This document shows, in pieces, positions 24,275 through 37,092 of a DNA stretch of 64,000 bases. Origin of the DNA: Amoebophrya sp. A120 (taxonomy: Eukaryota > Protista > Dinoflagellata); the NCBI GenBank assembly GCA_905178155.1, contig CAJINV010000011.1, positions 2,460,746 through 2,524,745 of the forward strand, read 5' to 3'. The first letter of the stretch is position 1. Each line of letters starts with the position of its first letter. The notes under the pieces are model-generated. The model did not search any database. It was given only the letters and a program-made list of their open reading frames with translations, and was not told where the DNA came from. Made by a program: the position numbers and the translations under genes.

Positions 24275-26776
24275 ATGCCGTCTTTCGATTCTCTTCCCGC
24301 CGAAGTTGCGGGTCGAATCTTTGACGGCCTAGATTTGAAGTCGATTGAGGCGCTGCGAAAAACCAGCCGCCAGGGCCGAGATGTCGTGAACGTTGTGGCG
24401 GCGGACCCGCAAACCAGCGTGACCCACAGCCACCTGTTCTTGCTCCATCTCGTGGGCGGGTTCGGAAAAGATTTCTTTCTCGACTTCTTGGATTGCCGCT
24501 CGTTGGCGCGGCTGCAAAGCGTGTCCGCGGTCGTCCGGGGACCAGTGCTTGATTACGTGCTGACCTACCCGGTAAGGCCATGGAAGAACTTGGCACTTCC
24601 CGCCGCAGTGCCGGTAGAAAAACCGGGCTCGGCGCGGTTCGAGCATTATCGCGAGGACCGGAGCTCCGCACACGGACGCACGCACGCGGTCATGGCGTAT
24701 TTCGGGCAGAAGCAAACCTCCGGGGAATGGCGCGGATTTTGTGGGGGCTGCACCTACCTGCATCTCGACGTTGGTGGCAGCGCGGTATGCTTAAACTTCT
24801 TCGCGCGATATGGGCTTTCCTGCTTCGACGGGCCGATCTATGAAAGCCGGATGCATATGCTGGCCTGGCTATGGATGTGCCGGGAGCGACAAGGAGACCT
24901 AGCCTTCGACGAAGACGACCCAGAAATCGCGCCGGAAGGTCGTCCGCGGGTTCGCACGCACGTAGGTGCCGGCCATTGGCGCACACTACAGGCGCTCGTC
25001 GATGATCCGATGGTCTTTGGGCACGCCATGCGGTGGAGCAGATGCAGAGAGATGTCGACTTTTTTCGTGGTGCTTTTTTACTACGCGGCCCTATTGAAAA
25101 TAGAGAAACCACCAGCCGGAGAGCAAGACAGCGCAGCTACAACAGCCCCGCCCCGATCGGATTTGCACTTGAGTGCCGCAGACCGCCTCGCAATACAGGC
25201 TGCCTGGAAGCGATCCGCGTTTGGGATTCTGTTGCTGTTACTCTGCTACGCCCGCTACCGCTTCCGCATTCAAGGAGGGAACCACGGCCAAGGTGGTGTG
25301 ACGCTCGACAAAACCATCTCAGCTGACGTCACTACATTTCTGTCGTCGGCGCTGGACAACGTCCAGACCTTCGTCGATCAGTCCCGACTCTGGAGCAAAG
25401 AGCTGCGGAGAGCGGTATCTTTTTCTCTGCTCGTGGTGTGTTTGTGTTTGTGATTCATGTTTCAGAGCGCATACTTGCATTTGGGAACTCAAGATCTTAA
25501 AAAAGTATCTTCTCCTTCACCAGTACAAAAAATAAAAATTAGCACTATATTATACAATTCTTCGCGGGGAGAGCATCATGGAAGGCGAAGGCACGGTTAC
25601 TCATCATGACAGGTAATCGACTATTGGCTGCGGTGTGAGATGGAGATTACAAGCCAGGGCGGATCTGGAATCTTCGAGGTTCTGCGACAGGAGACGCAGT
25701 TCCACAGACATCTCCCTTTGGTGGCGCATTTGCTGTGGAACGAATCCGTCCGGTACTGGCTCCGGTGGAGTCGCACGCGGGAAGCGGAAACCGATTACCA
25801 AGACCGGGAGGGCGTTTCGCACTGCTTCCAAATACCGCTACTCGTCGACCCGACAACGGCGTCACTCGCGGCAAAGTTTTCGCGTGGCGAGGATCGGGAC
25901 CGTGACGATAGCACTACAGGCGTGTGCGAAATCACAACGCGGATCGCGCTGAGTTCCGTCGAGATTAAAAACTGCGCCGCCCTTGCGCCGGACTACGTCG
26001 CGTGGTTTAAAGCCAGAACGGCGCACCCGGAGAACGACTGGGCGCCCCACAGTGGTGGGCAGTTTACCGACCACCTTCTGGAGGCGCTGGAGTGCCCGGA
26101 CTACGCACATGCGTGGAGTGCGCATGATATTTCCGACTACGCCAGATCCGTACACCGCCGCAGACAGGGCGAGCAGTGTTCTGCAGAGCGGCTTGGCTGT
26201 TTTTCCGAGTCCCCGTTGTACAAGGACAGTGCTGAGGTGCGGGACGCTTTCTGGATTATGGTTGAGTCACACGGGAGGGATTTTTCAGAAGTCTTTACTG
26301 TGCAGAACGGAAATCACACAACTTTCGGCCTGCTGTGCATGTTGCATGTGCTTGCGAAGCTTGGCGGTGACAACCACCGGACGCGAGAAATGCCCGCCAA
26401 GATTTGCGGGTATATTTTTTCGGGGAACCACGAGACGCCTGGTTGGTTGCGACGGTTCGCAGACGCGGGGCACGACGAGGACGAAAACACAGAAGATTTC
26501 TTAATAACGACAACTTTGCTCTCGGGAAAGGGTATACTAGATCATATTCTGGGACCGAACGACCGTGACCACGAGGAGATGCTTATCGGCCCTAACTTCC
26601 CGCCCAACACCATGGAAATTCCCCGGAGCACCTACAAGGCCGTCGCGCGGCTCATCCTCGCAGACAACCCGTGGCTCCTGTCCTGCAAGCCGGACGACTG
26701 GGACCTCACACAGATCGGTCAGGAGTCGATAAGCGACGCCGAGAGCGACGACGAGTTCGGGCTGGCGCAGCGATGA
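24275..26776 (+). CDS. F-box-like protein, paralog 2
   Basis: MPSFDSLPAEVAGRIFDGLDLKSIEALRKTSR; GT-AG intron 25415-25612 at the same position as in paralog 1. Confidence 0.65.
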
Positions 26777-27272
26777 ATAAGATGAGCAAACGAGATTGAT
26801 GATATCTTGAAACTGAAATAACACACGACGATCCCGAGCTGCTTCCGCTGTAGAATACTGCTGGTTTACGCACTATGTTTGCTCCTTGCTTCGAGACGCG
26901 TGGTTGTGTTGTTTTCATCCTTTGTAGAAAACTTAAACTGTGGCGCCGATGACAACTGATGTAGCAATGTTGGAGCAGCAAGAACGTCGAGATAAACCGC
27001 ACTCGCCATCAGCATCATCGTCACTCGTGTTCGCAAAACCTTCTGGAAGTTGCTCCTCCTGGATTTCTTTTCAGGCAGACGGCATTAGAAACAGACGTGC
27101 TAGTGAGCGGCGAGAGCGAGCATGAGTGACAAGACGAAAGCCTTGTAGAAATAAACTTCAGGCAGTAGAAAAAAGCCAAACGAATCCAAAGATGTAGCTG
27201 GAGCTAGCTCTCCTGCAGCTGCTTCTCACTTACGTGCGTCTTTCCCTTTCCCTCCCGGCGTACCATCCAACC

Positions 27273-28886
27273 ATGATCGCCGGCGTCCTCGCGTTCGACC
27301 GCAGTAGCGGATTTTTACGTTTCCACAAGAAGTTTTCCCCGAACTTCGGGCTCCAAGGCGGCACTCCACTGGACCCGGTGCAACTGTGCCTGCAGCTGTT
27401 TGTCTTCCAGACCTACGCGGAGGCGGCGTTGTCGCACTTCGGGATGGTCACAATGCGGGTGGTGGCCGCCTCGAACCTGTGCCTCTGTGTGCTAGGTCCC
27501 GTGGCTGCGGCGCGCGAACGCGTCGTGGAATACTTGCTGGGTACTACGGATAGTTGTGGTGAACAAGACGCAAAGGACGACACGTTTTCCTCTACGCAGA
27601 TGAATGCTGCTGGTACGGAAGGAACGAGTCTTCACTTTGCCAGCAAACCACCCACCTCCGCAGCTGTACGGGAAGTCGATTTGAGTGCGGTCTCGAAGCC
27701 TGCTTCTAATGTTGAAATCGTGCCACTTTGTTCATCTACAACACCTGCGACCTCCTCCGCAGTAGCTGCCCGTCCACCCGTGGAACTGTCGACTGCAGCC
27801 GGGCGGAAAAAATTTGCCCTGCAGGTCAAGACCGCGGTTTTGCGTGTCACATTAGAATCGCTCTTTCGCGCCGAATGTCGCCGGTGCCCGGACGCAAAGT
27901 GGCTTGCGTTTGTGTTTTTCCAACCGGGAACATCAAAGGGGGAGAACGCAGGATTAACATTGTCCTCCGACGAACCCGGGACTCCGGCTGTTCCTTTCCA
28001 CCCTGCCACACCGATGACGCAAGATTCCAATTCGAGTACAACTTTCGCGCGAACAAAGTCCGAGCCGGCTGGTGCGGCTGCTACAAGACCTGCTGCTACA
28101 GAGCAACAAAGACCCGGCAGCATTGAGCTCCTTTCCGCAGTGCTCCCAGAGGAGCCGGTTTCCGGCCGCAGCAAAATCACGACCAACAGCGCAAACAGGA
28201 CGCGGTCGCGAGGGTGGTGTGTGCCGTGCTTGAATCGGACCCGGTCGAGTTCGAACCCGAAAACACGGAACCTTGCCCGTAGCCGTGCGGGTACGGACAT
28301 CGGACTGCTCGCAGTGACGGCGAACAACGCAGTGACGCGAGCGAATGTTGAAGGCGAAAGTGGACCAGCGACGTCTCAACAAGCCGTCAGTGGACAACAT
28401 CAAAACGAGGAGCTGCCCTACCCGCAGAGCACCGCGACGCCAGTCATATCCACCACTCTTGGTGCTGCTCAGCCCCAGAACATGACAGTGTTCTTGCTTC
28501 ACCAGAGCACAACTCCAGAGGAGAACAAACCCGAAGCATCGCAAACAGACCAGATGAAGCTTGTTGCCTCAAATCCGCGGGGCCTCGTCCCCGACCACGC
28601 TTTGGAAAAAATCAAAGAACTGTGTGTTGCTGATGCCGGCGGCGCGAATAAACTGTTAAAGGACAAACAATCGCTAGCTTGGGCGGCTCCAACGGGACCT
28701 CGGTGTAGCTCGGAAGAAGCAGAGAAGCGGGAGACGGACTCGCTGGAGCGCGGTCTATACCGCACAACGTCGTCCGCGGCGCCCGGGATCATGTTGCTGT
28801 CTTCGCATTTTGTGGATTTTTCCTTCGAAAATTTTGTGGACCTGCATCAGTGCTGGTGCAACACATTGTCGAGCGGAAAGGGATAG
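27273..28886 (+). CDS. Hypothetical protein, possible longin-like N-terminus
   Basis: Long ORF; MIAGVLAFDRSSGFLRFHKKF resembles the first strands of longin folds (weak). Confidence 0.5.
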   Translation: MIAGVLAFDRSSGFLRFHKKFSPNFGLQGGTPLDPVQLCLQLFVFQTYAEAALSHFGMVTMRVVAASNLCLCVLGPVAAARERVVEYLLGTTDSCGEQDAKDDTFSSTQMNAAGTEGTSLHFASKPPTSAAVREVDLSAVSKPASNVEIVPLCSSTTPATSSAVAARPPVELSTAAGRKKFALQVKTAVLRVTLESLFRAECRRCPDAKWLAFVFFQPGTSKGENAGLTLSSDEPGTPAVPFHPATPMTQDSNSSTTFARTKSEPAGAAATRPAATEQQRPGSIELLSAVLPEEPVSGRSKITTNSANRTRSRGWCVPCLNRTRSSSNPKTRNLARSRAGTDIGLLAVTANNAVTRANVEGESGPATSQQAVSGQHQNEELPYPQSTATPVISTTLGAAQPQNMTVFLLHQSTTPEENKPEASQTDQMKLVASNPRGLVPDHALEKIKELCVADAGGANKLLKDKQSLAWAAPTGPRCSSEEAEKRETDSLERGLYRTTSSAAPGIMLLSSHFVDFSFENFVDLHQCWCNTLSSGKG

Positions 28887-29502
28887 AAGTCATGTTGGCA
28901 TCAAACAGATTCACTACTTGCTGTCCTTGATACATCGTACACCATACTTTATTTATTGCATCGCCGTGAAACAAAAGTTGAGCTTGAGTACGACAGGCGG
29001 ATCAGGTATAGGAAGAGGTACAAGTACAAGAGGCGCGCCGCAGTCGTGTTGGTATCCATCGTAGTCCAAAAAGGTCCAGCTTGTGTTCCAATCGCATCAG
29101 TAGATTCTTTACGCTACTGGATTCCATTGATTCGCATTCGCTTCGGAATTTCGCAGAGAAAGAGCGTGAAGGAAAGCAGCATCCATCGTGGATGATCGAG
29201 AGAGAACAAGTTCTGTGCACATGGAGGAAAGGAGACTTGCGTCGCGTCGCTGACCTTTGGTTATTGATTTCTCATGTCCGTCGACATTGAGATGAACGCT
29301 GGCGCTCGGTCTTGGCTTTTTTGCGTATAATTCGTTTCTACTGCTACACTCCTTCGATAGTAGCCTCGCTAGGACGCTAATCTGGAACGTGCGTTGCTGG
29401 CTTCTCATCAACGTTGCTTTCGTACATCTTAGCGCCTCCAGGAACGTGAGCATTGCGTTTCACTGTTGTCCGTCTTCGTCACAGGACGAAAAACTACGAA
29501 AA

Positions 29503-32385
29503 ATGCTCCTTCTCCCCCCACCGCTCAACTGGCGGACCTCGCCACTCGAGCCGCCGGAGCATCAACACGAACAGCACCAGCGCGAAACCCTGCAACCAGC
29601 AGCCAACGAGAACTCCTGTTCGCTGAATTTAGACGTTATGGAGGCGGAAGTGGAGGAATATGAGGAGAAATTGACCAGCAGCTACTGCAGCACGCCCGCG
29701 AACGCGTTCCGGCGGAACAAAGTGGATCTGGAGCAGGTGAATGCGTTTCTCCTCGAGGAAAACCAGCGACTGCGGGAACAGCTGGGAGTAGACCGCGACG
29801 GCAAGAATCACGGGTGGAGGTCGAGTGCAGCCTCCTTTGCCAGCGACGTAGTTCATCCTACAGCTACCAGAAGCTGCGCTCGGAGTTTTAGCCGGTCCAG
29901 TTACAACTCGCCACCGTTCTTTTTCGAACGAGAAGAGGAACTAGGGTCTGCGCATGATACGTGCGGTTTACAAGAGCGAATGGAGAAAAGCAATAGTCGC
30001 CTTGTTGCTCCTGTGCCGCCGTCGTATTCTTGCACCGGAGACGGAGACGCCGGTAGTTCTTCCACTTCTGATTACAGCCAAAGCCAAACTTGGAGCGACT
30101 TTGAGGGTTTCGTGGTGTCGATTGGCGGCAGAACGGGGAGGAAACAAGGCTCGGCCGCGGAGGGACTCGGGAAAAACCCGAAAAAACCACGACTGCAGCG
30201 CAAATTTGTACCGAGTAGTAGAGCTGCATCTCCGAACAAGCGGGAGTCATCAGAAAAGAAAGCGCTTTTTCCAGTGCCGAGTAGTAGACAGCAGGTCGTG
30301 GCTCGGGCTCGGGGAAGCCGGGGAAATTATAAACCGACTGCTGCTCCGTCTCCAGCCGTGCACACGACTTCTGAACCAGAACGGGCAGGCAGGGAAGCGA
30401 AAATCCGTGTGAGGAGCAACAAACCGGCACTGATCTTCCGATATGGGGAAAACAGTACGACGACGAAGAAGGTGCTTGATTCTGTCTCGGCGTCCCGCAG
30501 AAGGGCCAGAAATGACAGCTTCGCACAAGATGAAAGCTCTGTAGCAGCTTCGACGCCTGTGGGGGAAGATCCATTTGTGGTTAGACGACGCCTGGATTTC
30601 GGACGCAAAACAGGGGGATTGCCGGCTGAAGATCACGGCGGGGTCATATTGATGGACGAGGGATCATTTGCGAACAGAAGCAGCTCAAGCTCAACATCGT
30701 CACCGGCTTCATCTCCTAAGGAAATTTCCTCACCCGATGAGATGTTTGCCATGTCGCCACGATCCAACTTTTCGCACGACAACATAAGCGGAGGAGACCC
30801 AGACCGACAGCTCGTCGTGATCCAGAAAACCGTCCTAGCACCAGAAGTCAGCACGTCTACGGGCATCGAAATCCGAAGAAAAGCAAAAGGCAAGGGGAGG
30901 ACTGCTAGGGAGCAAACAAACAGCTGGACCGACATCGTGCCCGTAAGTCACTCGGTTGCAAACTCTCGTGCGGCGACGGTGGTAGATTCGCCGCAGGTGG
31001 AAGCAAAAAGTAGTGTAGTACCAACACCAACCCTTCCGGTCTCCGCTTCCCCAGGACCAAGACCTGAAATCGAGGCGACATCAGAAGAGCACCGCCCATT
31101 CCCCAGTTGCAGTCCGTTTCAGGGGCCGGGAGTGACAGGACGAGCCGCGACACCAACGATGGAAAGACCGGCCTTATCTACAACAAGCGCAAACAGAAGC
31201 TTCGTCGTGCACAACAGTGACTATTGGATCAAGCCTGCACCACGACCCTCACCCGGAACCACGGACAAGCTTTCCGCATCCAACAGAATTGACGACGACG
31301 ACTTTCGCAGGGCGTTTGAGCGGGCACAGAATCGACACCAAATTGGTGTTGTGGCCGCGTCGCAATCACAAGCTAGTTCGGCTGCGAGGACGCGCGAAGA
31401 GCTGGCGCACGCTTCAAAGCTCATTATTTTGAAGAAACAGAAGGAGCGCGAGAGCGATTTGGTGCAGCGGAAAGAAGGAGATGTTGGTCCCAGCCAAGGG
31501 CTGGCCAGACCCAGCTTGTCTTCTTCGACCGACGGCGAAATAGCTGAAGTAGCGGCTACAACCCAGCCGAATCAACTTCCGGTCCCGAGCCCGCTGCCGA
31601 TTAGGAGCGCCCCTCCAACGTCTGCGCAACTAACGACCACACAGCGAAAAGTCAACCTGCACCAAATGATGACTACTCGACCACTCACCAGAGGATTAGC
31701 CGCGCACAGTACGAGCGTACTTTCTGGCGCGGGCAAAATGAGAGCAGCGGAACTAGAACTAGAAACGGGTGGAAATTCACTTTCACACACACCTTCCGCA
31801 GAACAGCCCTCTGTTGCCGACAACAAGCACGTGGACAAAATGAATGCAGTCGCACCACCCGGTTTAGATTATCTCCTTCCACGGCACGATGTCGGAGCTG
31901 GAACACAGGCTGCACAATATTCTGCTGCACAAAACGAGAAAACCGCACCTGCCACTTCGCACGGCGCCGCCCTCATGAAGAATATCTCAGCTCTTGTCGA
32001 AGATTTAGAGTACAAGAGCGCCAGCTCTCGGGTGAAAAATTTCGGGGCGAGCAACATCCGACAGCCGATGTTGCCGGACGAGGAAGGCCGGATTGCTGCG
32101 TCCGTTCCGGCGTTGGTTGGACCGTCTTCGGTTTGTTCGGGAAGTAGTGGTGCTTTTTTTGCCGGATCCGGTTCCGGTTTAGGATCATCGTCTAGTTTAT
32201 CTGGATCGTTTCCTTCCTCCGGTATGCCACCAAACAACAGTTTTGAGCCGCGGGATGCCCGGTCGGACGCGCTGCCCGGGCCGAAAAGTTCATATCTGCG
32301 GCAGTACCAGCAAAAAAGTGCGCCCTTAGCGGAGCCAAAACCAGCGGCGTCCCCGGGGCGGAAGATTCCAATGCGGAGTGAGTAG
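29503..32385 (+). CDS. Large low-complexity Ser/Pro/Ala-rich hypothetical protein
   Basis: About 960-codon open frame with a short coiled coil (LEQVNAFLLEENQRLREQL). Confidence 0.6.
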   Translation: MLLLPPPLNWRTSPLEPPEHQHEQHQRETLQPAANENSCSLNLDVMEAEVEEYEEKLTSSYCSTPANAFRRNKVDLEQVNAFLLEENQRLREQLGVDRDGKNHGWRSSAASFASDVVHPTATRSCARSFSRSSYNSPPFFFEREEELGSAHDTCGLQERMEKSNSRLVAPVPPSYSCTGDGDAGSSSTSDYSQSQTWSDFEGFVVSIGGRTGRKQGSAAEGLGKNPKKPRLQRKFVPSSRAASPNKRESSEKKALFPVPSSRQQVVARARGSRGNYKPTAAPSPAVHTTSEPERAGREAKIRVRSNKPALIFRYGENSTTTKKVLDSVSASRRRARNDSFAQDESSVAASTPVGEDPFVVRRRLDFGRKTGGLPAEDHGGVILMDEGSFANRSSSSSTSSPASSPKEISSPDEMFAMSPRSNFSHDNISGGDPDRQLVVIQKTVLAPEVSTSTGIEIRRKAKGKGRTAREQTNSWTDIVPVSHSVANSRAATVVDSPQVEAKSSVVPTPTLPVSASPGPRPEIEATSEEHRPFPSCSPFQGPGVTGRAATPTMERPALSTTSANRSFVVHNSDYWIKPAPRPSPGTTDKLSASNRIDDDDFRRAFERAQNRHQIGVVAASQSQASSAARTREELAHASKLIILKKQKERESDLVQRKEGDVGPSQGLARPSLSSSTDGEIAEVAATTQPNQLPVPSPLPIRSAPPTSAQLTTTQRKVNLHQMMTTRPLTRGLAAHSTSVLSGAGKMRAAELELETGGNSLSHTPSAEQPSVADNKHVDKMNAVAPPGLDYLLPRHDVGAGTQAAQYSAAQNEKTAPATSHGAALMKNISALVEDLEYKSASSRVKNFGASNIRQPMLPDEEGRIAASVPALVGPSSVCSGSSGAFFAGSGSGLGSSSSLSGSFPSSGMPPNNSFEPRDARSDALPGPKSSYLRQYQQKSAPLAEPKPAASPGRKIPMRSE

Positions 32386-33311
32386 TGCTGCGCATCGACG
32401 TCGTGCTTCATCTCGTGTTTCCGGGATGCGAATTGGCGATGTCGTCGAGTAACCACCCTAAATCTAAATGTACACACATTGATATCGATCTCTTCACTCA
32501 TGTTTCGGTTTTGTCATGTTCTGTTTCAAATTCAAACATCATGCACTGCGAATTCCATCGCTTTTGCAAAAACGATGACGTAACTACTGCTCTCTTGTAT
32601 GCCTCTTTTTCTTCTCTCACCTCAGTGAGACTGTAATCTAAATCTTGAGTAAGGGACGCCACGCGAAAGCAGATGAATGTAAAAAATTTGCACGTCGAGA
32701 AAGTGAAGATGTAGCAGAAGAGTGATTTTTAAATGCTCTGCAGCCGCGCTGCGGCATTTGCAGCCACGCTACCAAGAGTCCTATTGATTTGAAAACTTGA
32801 TGGATCAACAGCTGTTGTATCTGATGACCTCACAAATACTGTGCCTGTGATCCCTGGTGGTCTTTGCTATTCTAAATTGCGATCTGAGTTGTAGTTTAGA
32901 ATTCGCAATTCTCAGAAGATCCAAGGAAGCGACGTTGTTGTGAGGCACAGGTGGGTTGAACATATGCAAAAGTTCCTCGAGGATGATCATGAACTTAAAT
33001 CTGGATCAAAATCGGTCAGTAGCCTGCGAGAAACGTGCGTTCATAAATTTGGCTCGTGTGAATGAAATGGATGCCGATGTAGGGCCAAGAGTTCTAAATC
33101 AGATCCAAGTGAAGTTCCGACACGAAAAATTTGGCCCAAAAGCGAACATGATCCACCTTATTTTATTATTTCACGCAACATTTATGTCTGAATCTCTCTC
33201 CGGTTCTCATCAACGCCACATTTTCCAAAACTCTACTCTCAGGGAAACGAGTATTTAACTTCATTGCGAAGTAGTACAACACCTCACAGAAACCTCTCGA
33301 AACAACACAAG

Positions 33312-34862
33312 ATGGCTATCGCTAAGAACAAGGGTCTCGCCAAGGCCGGCAAGAAGGGCAACAAGAAGAAGCAGGCCGATCCCTTCCTGAAAATATCAAC
33401 TGTAAAAATGTCTGGGTCTGGAAGAATCCAACTTGTCATGCTGATTTTAGATTCTAAAAAAATCTGTATTGCATGAGCAGCAAATAGAGTCCAAGTCTTG
33501 CTACACGGAAAGAGCATTTGTCATGCGGTATAGGCATCAGGAAGCTCTCACAAAGTCTGTGATGCTAGGGCATGCATCACAGACATCAGGAGTTATGCAA
33601 AATGTGCATGACAAGCCTGGCAATCTTCCAGACCCAGACATTTTTACATTTGATAGAAAAAGGTCTGGTACAACATCAAGGCTCCGACCTACTTCAACTC
33701 CAAGGCCAACAAGGTCGGCCGTACGTGTGTCACGAAGACTCAGGGTACGAAGATTGAGACCGAGGGCTTGAAGGGCCGCGTGTGCGAGTTCAACATGGCC
33801 GATGTCCAGGACGGGTCCGAGGACGGGCACAAGAAGATCAAGCTGGAGGTCCAGGAGATCCAGGGCAAGAACTGCCTCACCGACTTCCACGGTCTCAGCC
33901 TGACCAGGGATAAGATGTGCCAGATGATCAAGAAGAAGCACTCTTTGATCGAGGCCGTTGCCGACTGCAAGACTCAGGATGGTAAAAGACTTTATATTTA
34001 GATTTGTGAGTAGGGCTGCATTTTCAACGGGCAGAAATTTAGATGCGCATGGTGCGCTATTGCGGAGTGAGTGCGTCGTTTCTACTCATTTTAGTAGTCG
34101 GTGTCATCGTCATGCGTCTTCGGACACAGAGCGAACCTATATGAAAGTGGCTTTGAATAATATTGACCCGTCTTCAAAAAAAATGAAATTTGGTATCAAA
34201 CCCTAAACCACAGGCTACGTCGTTCGCATCTTCGTGATTGCCTTCACCAAGGATGTCAAGGAGCACCAGGTTAAGGTTTTCACCTACGCCCAGTCCGCGC
34301 AGATCAAGAACATCCGTAAGAAGATGGTCCAGACCGTGCAGCAGATCGTTGCCCAGGGACAGCTCAAGGACCTGGTATACTGATTTTTGAATTCACTTTT
34401 TTATCTTCCTTCTTTTTCGGCTTTTGGGGTTTTAGGATTTAGAAGTGCACCTTATCTTGCGGTCATGTTAGAGAGACTTCTTCTGCATCTGAGCGAGCTT
34501 TGCATTTCATGTACGGAGCGACTTCTGCGAGCGACGTTTCGAGCCATAAGTTTTCCATGATGAATGACTGTGCGACGAGGGATGTGTCGTGACAAAATTT
34601 TCTATCGAAGTCACCCTTTCAAATTTCCAAAAAACAGGTCAAGTACCTCGTGATCGACAAGATTGAGGGTGACATCAAGACCGCCACCAACCGCATCTAT
34701 CCCCTGGACCCGGTGCACATCCAGAAGGTGAAGATCGTCAAGAAGCCGAAGTTGGACATCGTCAAGCTGATGGAGATCCACGACTCCAACGATGCTGGTG
34801 ACGAGGGTGTCGCCGTCGACGCCACCGAGCCGGAAGAGGCCAAGAACTTGCTGGCCGCCTAA
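33312..34862 (+). CDS. RPS3A: 40S ribosomal protein eS1 (S3a)
   Basis: [93 protein letters not shown]; GT-AG introns 33982-34213 and 34375-34637; one TIR intron. Confidence 0.97.
33394..33655. mobile_element. Introner/MITE family A in RPS3A
   Basis: Family A TIR; repeat GAAAA/GAAAA; excision restores DPFLKKVWY. Confidence 0.95.
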
Positions 34863-35454
34863 GTTATCCTGGAGCAGTTACGTTTTACCTGTAAAACAAC
34901 TCTCACTGCAATTTAGGATACTTCTTGATGCGATCGTGCTGTTGTTGTGTCTGTATTGGAAGAGGAGAACAAGTCTTTTTTTGGAGGCCAACAAGAGACG
35001 AAATCTTGTCTGCACTTTTTAAACCGCGGAACTTGCTTTTGGAAAGCGAACAGAAGAGGTTGTTGTAAAAATGTGGGGCTATGTAAACTACTTCGATTTT
35101 GAAGAAGAGCTGGTGACGTCCACGTTCTGCCCTTGAGTAGAGGCTGGTGATTGATGTCCCGATATGTGGATGTTCAGGAAGGTTCTTTCTCTTTGGTGCA
35201 TAATTTCCTGGTACAAACTAAAGCGCTTTTCGGTTTTGGTATTCTTCGCGCAGCTTGCGCCTGCTTCGGCATGATGGAATATCGGTCTGCCGGAAAATCT
35301 AAATCATGGTGCCGAAATACAAATAAGTTTGTCTAGCTTCTTAGTGCGTTAATTTCTCTGAGTCACACGACGCCGCCGGAACTCACTTTTATTCTCGGTC
35401 ATTTCGTGCTCACGCTCAGTTTCTAGGAGCGTTTCTGTGGTGCAGGTTTTTACC

Positions 35455-37092
35455 ATGGCCGACGACCGTGAGTTTCTTCGGAACGTTGATGCAACTTTTC
35501 CTGCTACCGTCCATCCCGATCCCGAATGGACGACCAGGACCATTACCAATCGTGATTTCCATCCGATTCCAGCCGCAGAGGCGGCAGACCGCGACCGGTT
35601 ACATGGGGAATTCTACGAGACGCTAGACCTGTTCCGCCGGCGCGCGCGCGCGGGGCAAAGGGGGCCGCAGGACCAGCGGACGAGGAACCGGGACACTGAA
35701 AACCGCGCTCCAGAATTGACACCGGAGCTTCGTGAGGATGAAGGTATTCTTCCAGGAGGTCGCGGTCGCCGAGAGACTGCGGAAGATTACTACCATCTGC
35801 TACGGCGGCAGAGACATGGAATTGACCCGGTCGTGCGGAACCGGACCGAGGGGACTCCCGCTGTCCCGCGTGATGTAACAAGAGATATTGACTTCAATCC
35901 TCGCTTCGGACCGCCGCAACGACGACCGGCGGTTGTATTGCAACCGGCCTTGCGTCGAGAGGGCGAGGACCCCGTTGGTCTGCGCAACATTGACCGTGGG
36001 CACAGGAGACGTTCCCAACAAATCCCCCGACGAGATGTTGATCATCTCACGGTGCAACAGTTGCAATTACTCGAACCTCCAGCGCGGCAAAATTTGCGTG
36101 TAGCTTCGGAGTTGGACCTCGCGTTGGAGCGGCGCCGGGTGGAAGAAGCGTGTCAGGTCGTACGAGGACAAGTTTTCGGACAAAGATGCACCCGACGGGC
36201 GCGAGGGACGCAAGCAGCAGGTGCTGCAGCAGGACCAAACAATCAAAATAATTCGCAACTTTTATCCCGTCCGGCGCGCCCTGCCCGTCGCAGCGCGCTG
36301 CGGCTTGCTGCGAGCGTCGCGGCGATGTTTAGTACTGCAGAACCGGTGGAATCGATGCTGTTTCGGCAAGATCCGGGAACCAAGGAGTGTTTTTTCGTGG
36401 AGTCCATGAACGGAGGACGGGAATTCCAGATTGATTACGAGGTGAACGCGCCGAATGACAACCTTCCGGAAATCCGGTTTTACGTGCAGAAGAAGGAGGA
36501 TTACGACAAATTTTCGCCCTCGGCGATCCAAATGTCGACGGAGGTGGCCTGGAAAACCGAGCTGAACGCTTTTATCGGCGAGTATAGTTAGAATTATGTT
36601 CGTCAACATTGTGTATAGTACTTAGCATCCTCGAATATCATTGCCCAGAACCAGTACCACCAACCTGCGGGGGAATCGATTTGCATGACAAGGAGCAGGT
36701 AAGTGCTACTGTAGGACGAGAAGGCTTATGAAAATCATGAATGCGACTGTATCAGAACCTACGCCGTCTGCTTTGAGAGTCTGAAAGCGTCGGGGGAACA
36801 GTTCGTATCCGTCGACATCACCGAAGGCGACGTGTATTCGGACCTTCCCGCCGCCGCGACGCGGGCACAGAAAACCGCCATGCTGACGGCGGAGCTCGCG
36901 CTGAAGGTGGAGCACGTGCGCGCGCAGCAGGACTTTGCTCTCACCCGGGAGGGATTCCAGCGGAAGATTGTCGCGGATCTCAACTCCCACTGTCTCTGGT
37001 GGACCGCGGTGGAAGCGCTGTGCACCGTCGGGTTTGCCATCATGCAAACGAAAGTGCTAAAAGGCTTCTTCGAAACCAAGGCGTACGTGTAA
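35455..37092 (+). CDS. p24/emp24/gp25L (GOLD domain) cargo receptor; start uncertain
   Basis: PGTKECFFVE, IDYEV, GETYAVCF (after GT-AG intron 36582-36755), coiled coil, TM segment and LKGFFETKAYV tail. Confidence 0.8.

Noticed and set aside
34557-34610. Intronic C box (ATGATGA) in RPS3A
   Set aside because: No downstream D box or recognisable guide.
36583-36720. Possible degenerate introner in the p24 gene
   Set aside because: A canonical GT-AG intron 36582-36755 gives a better GOLD-domain sequence (GETYAVCF).
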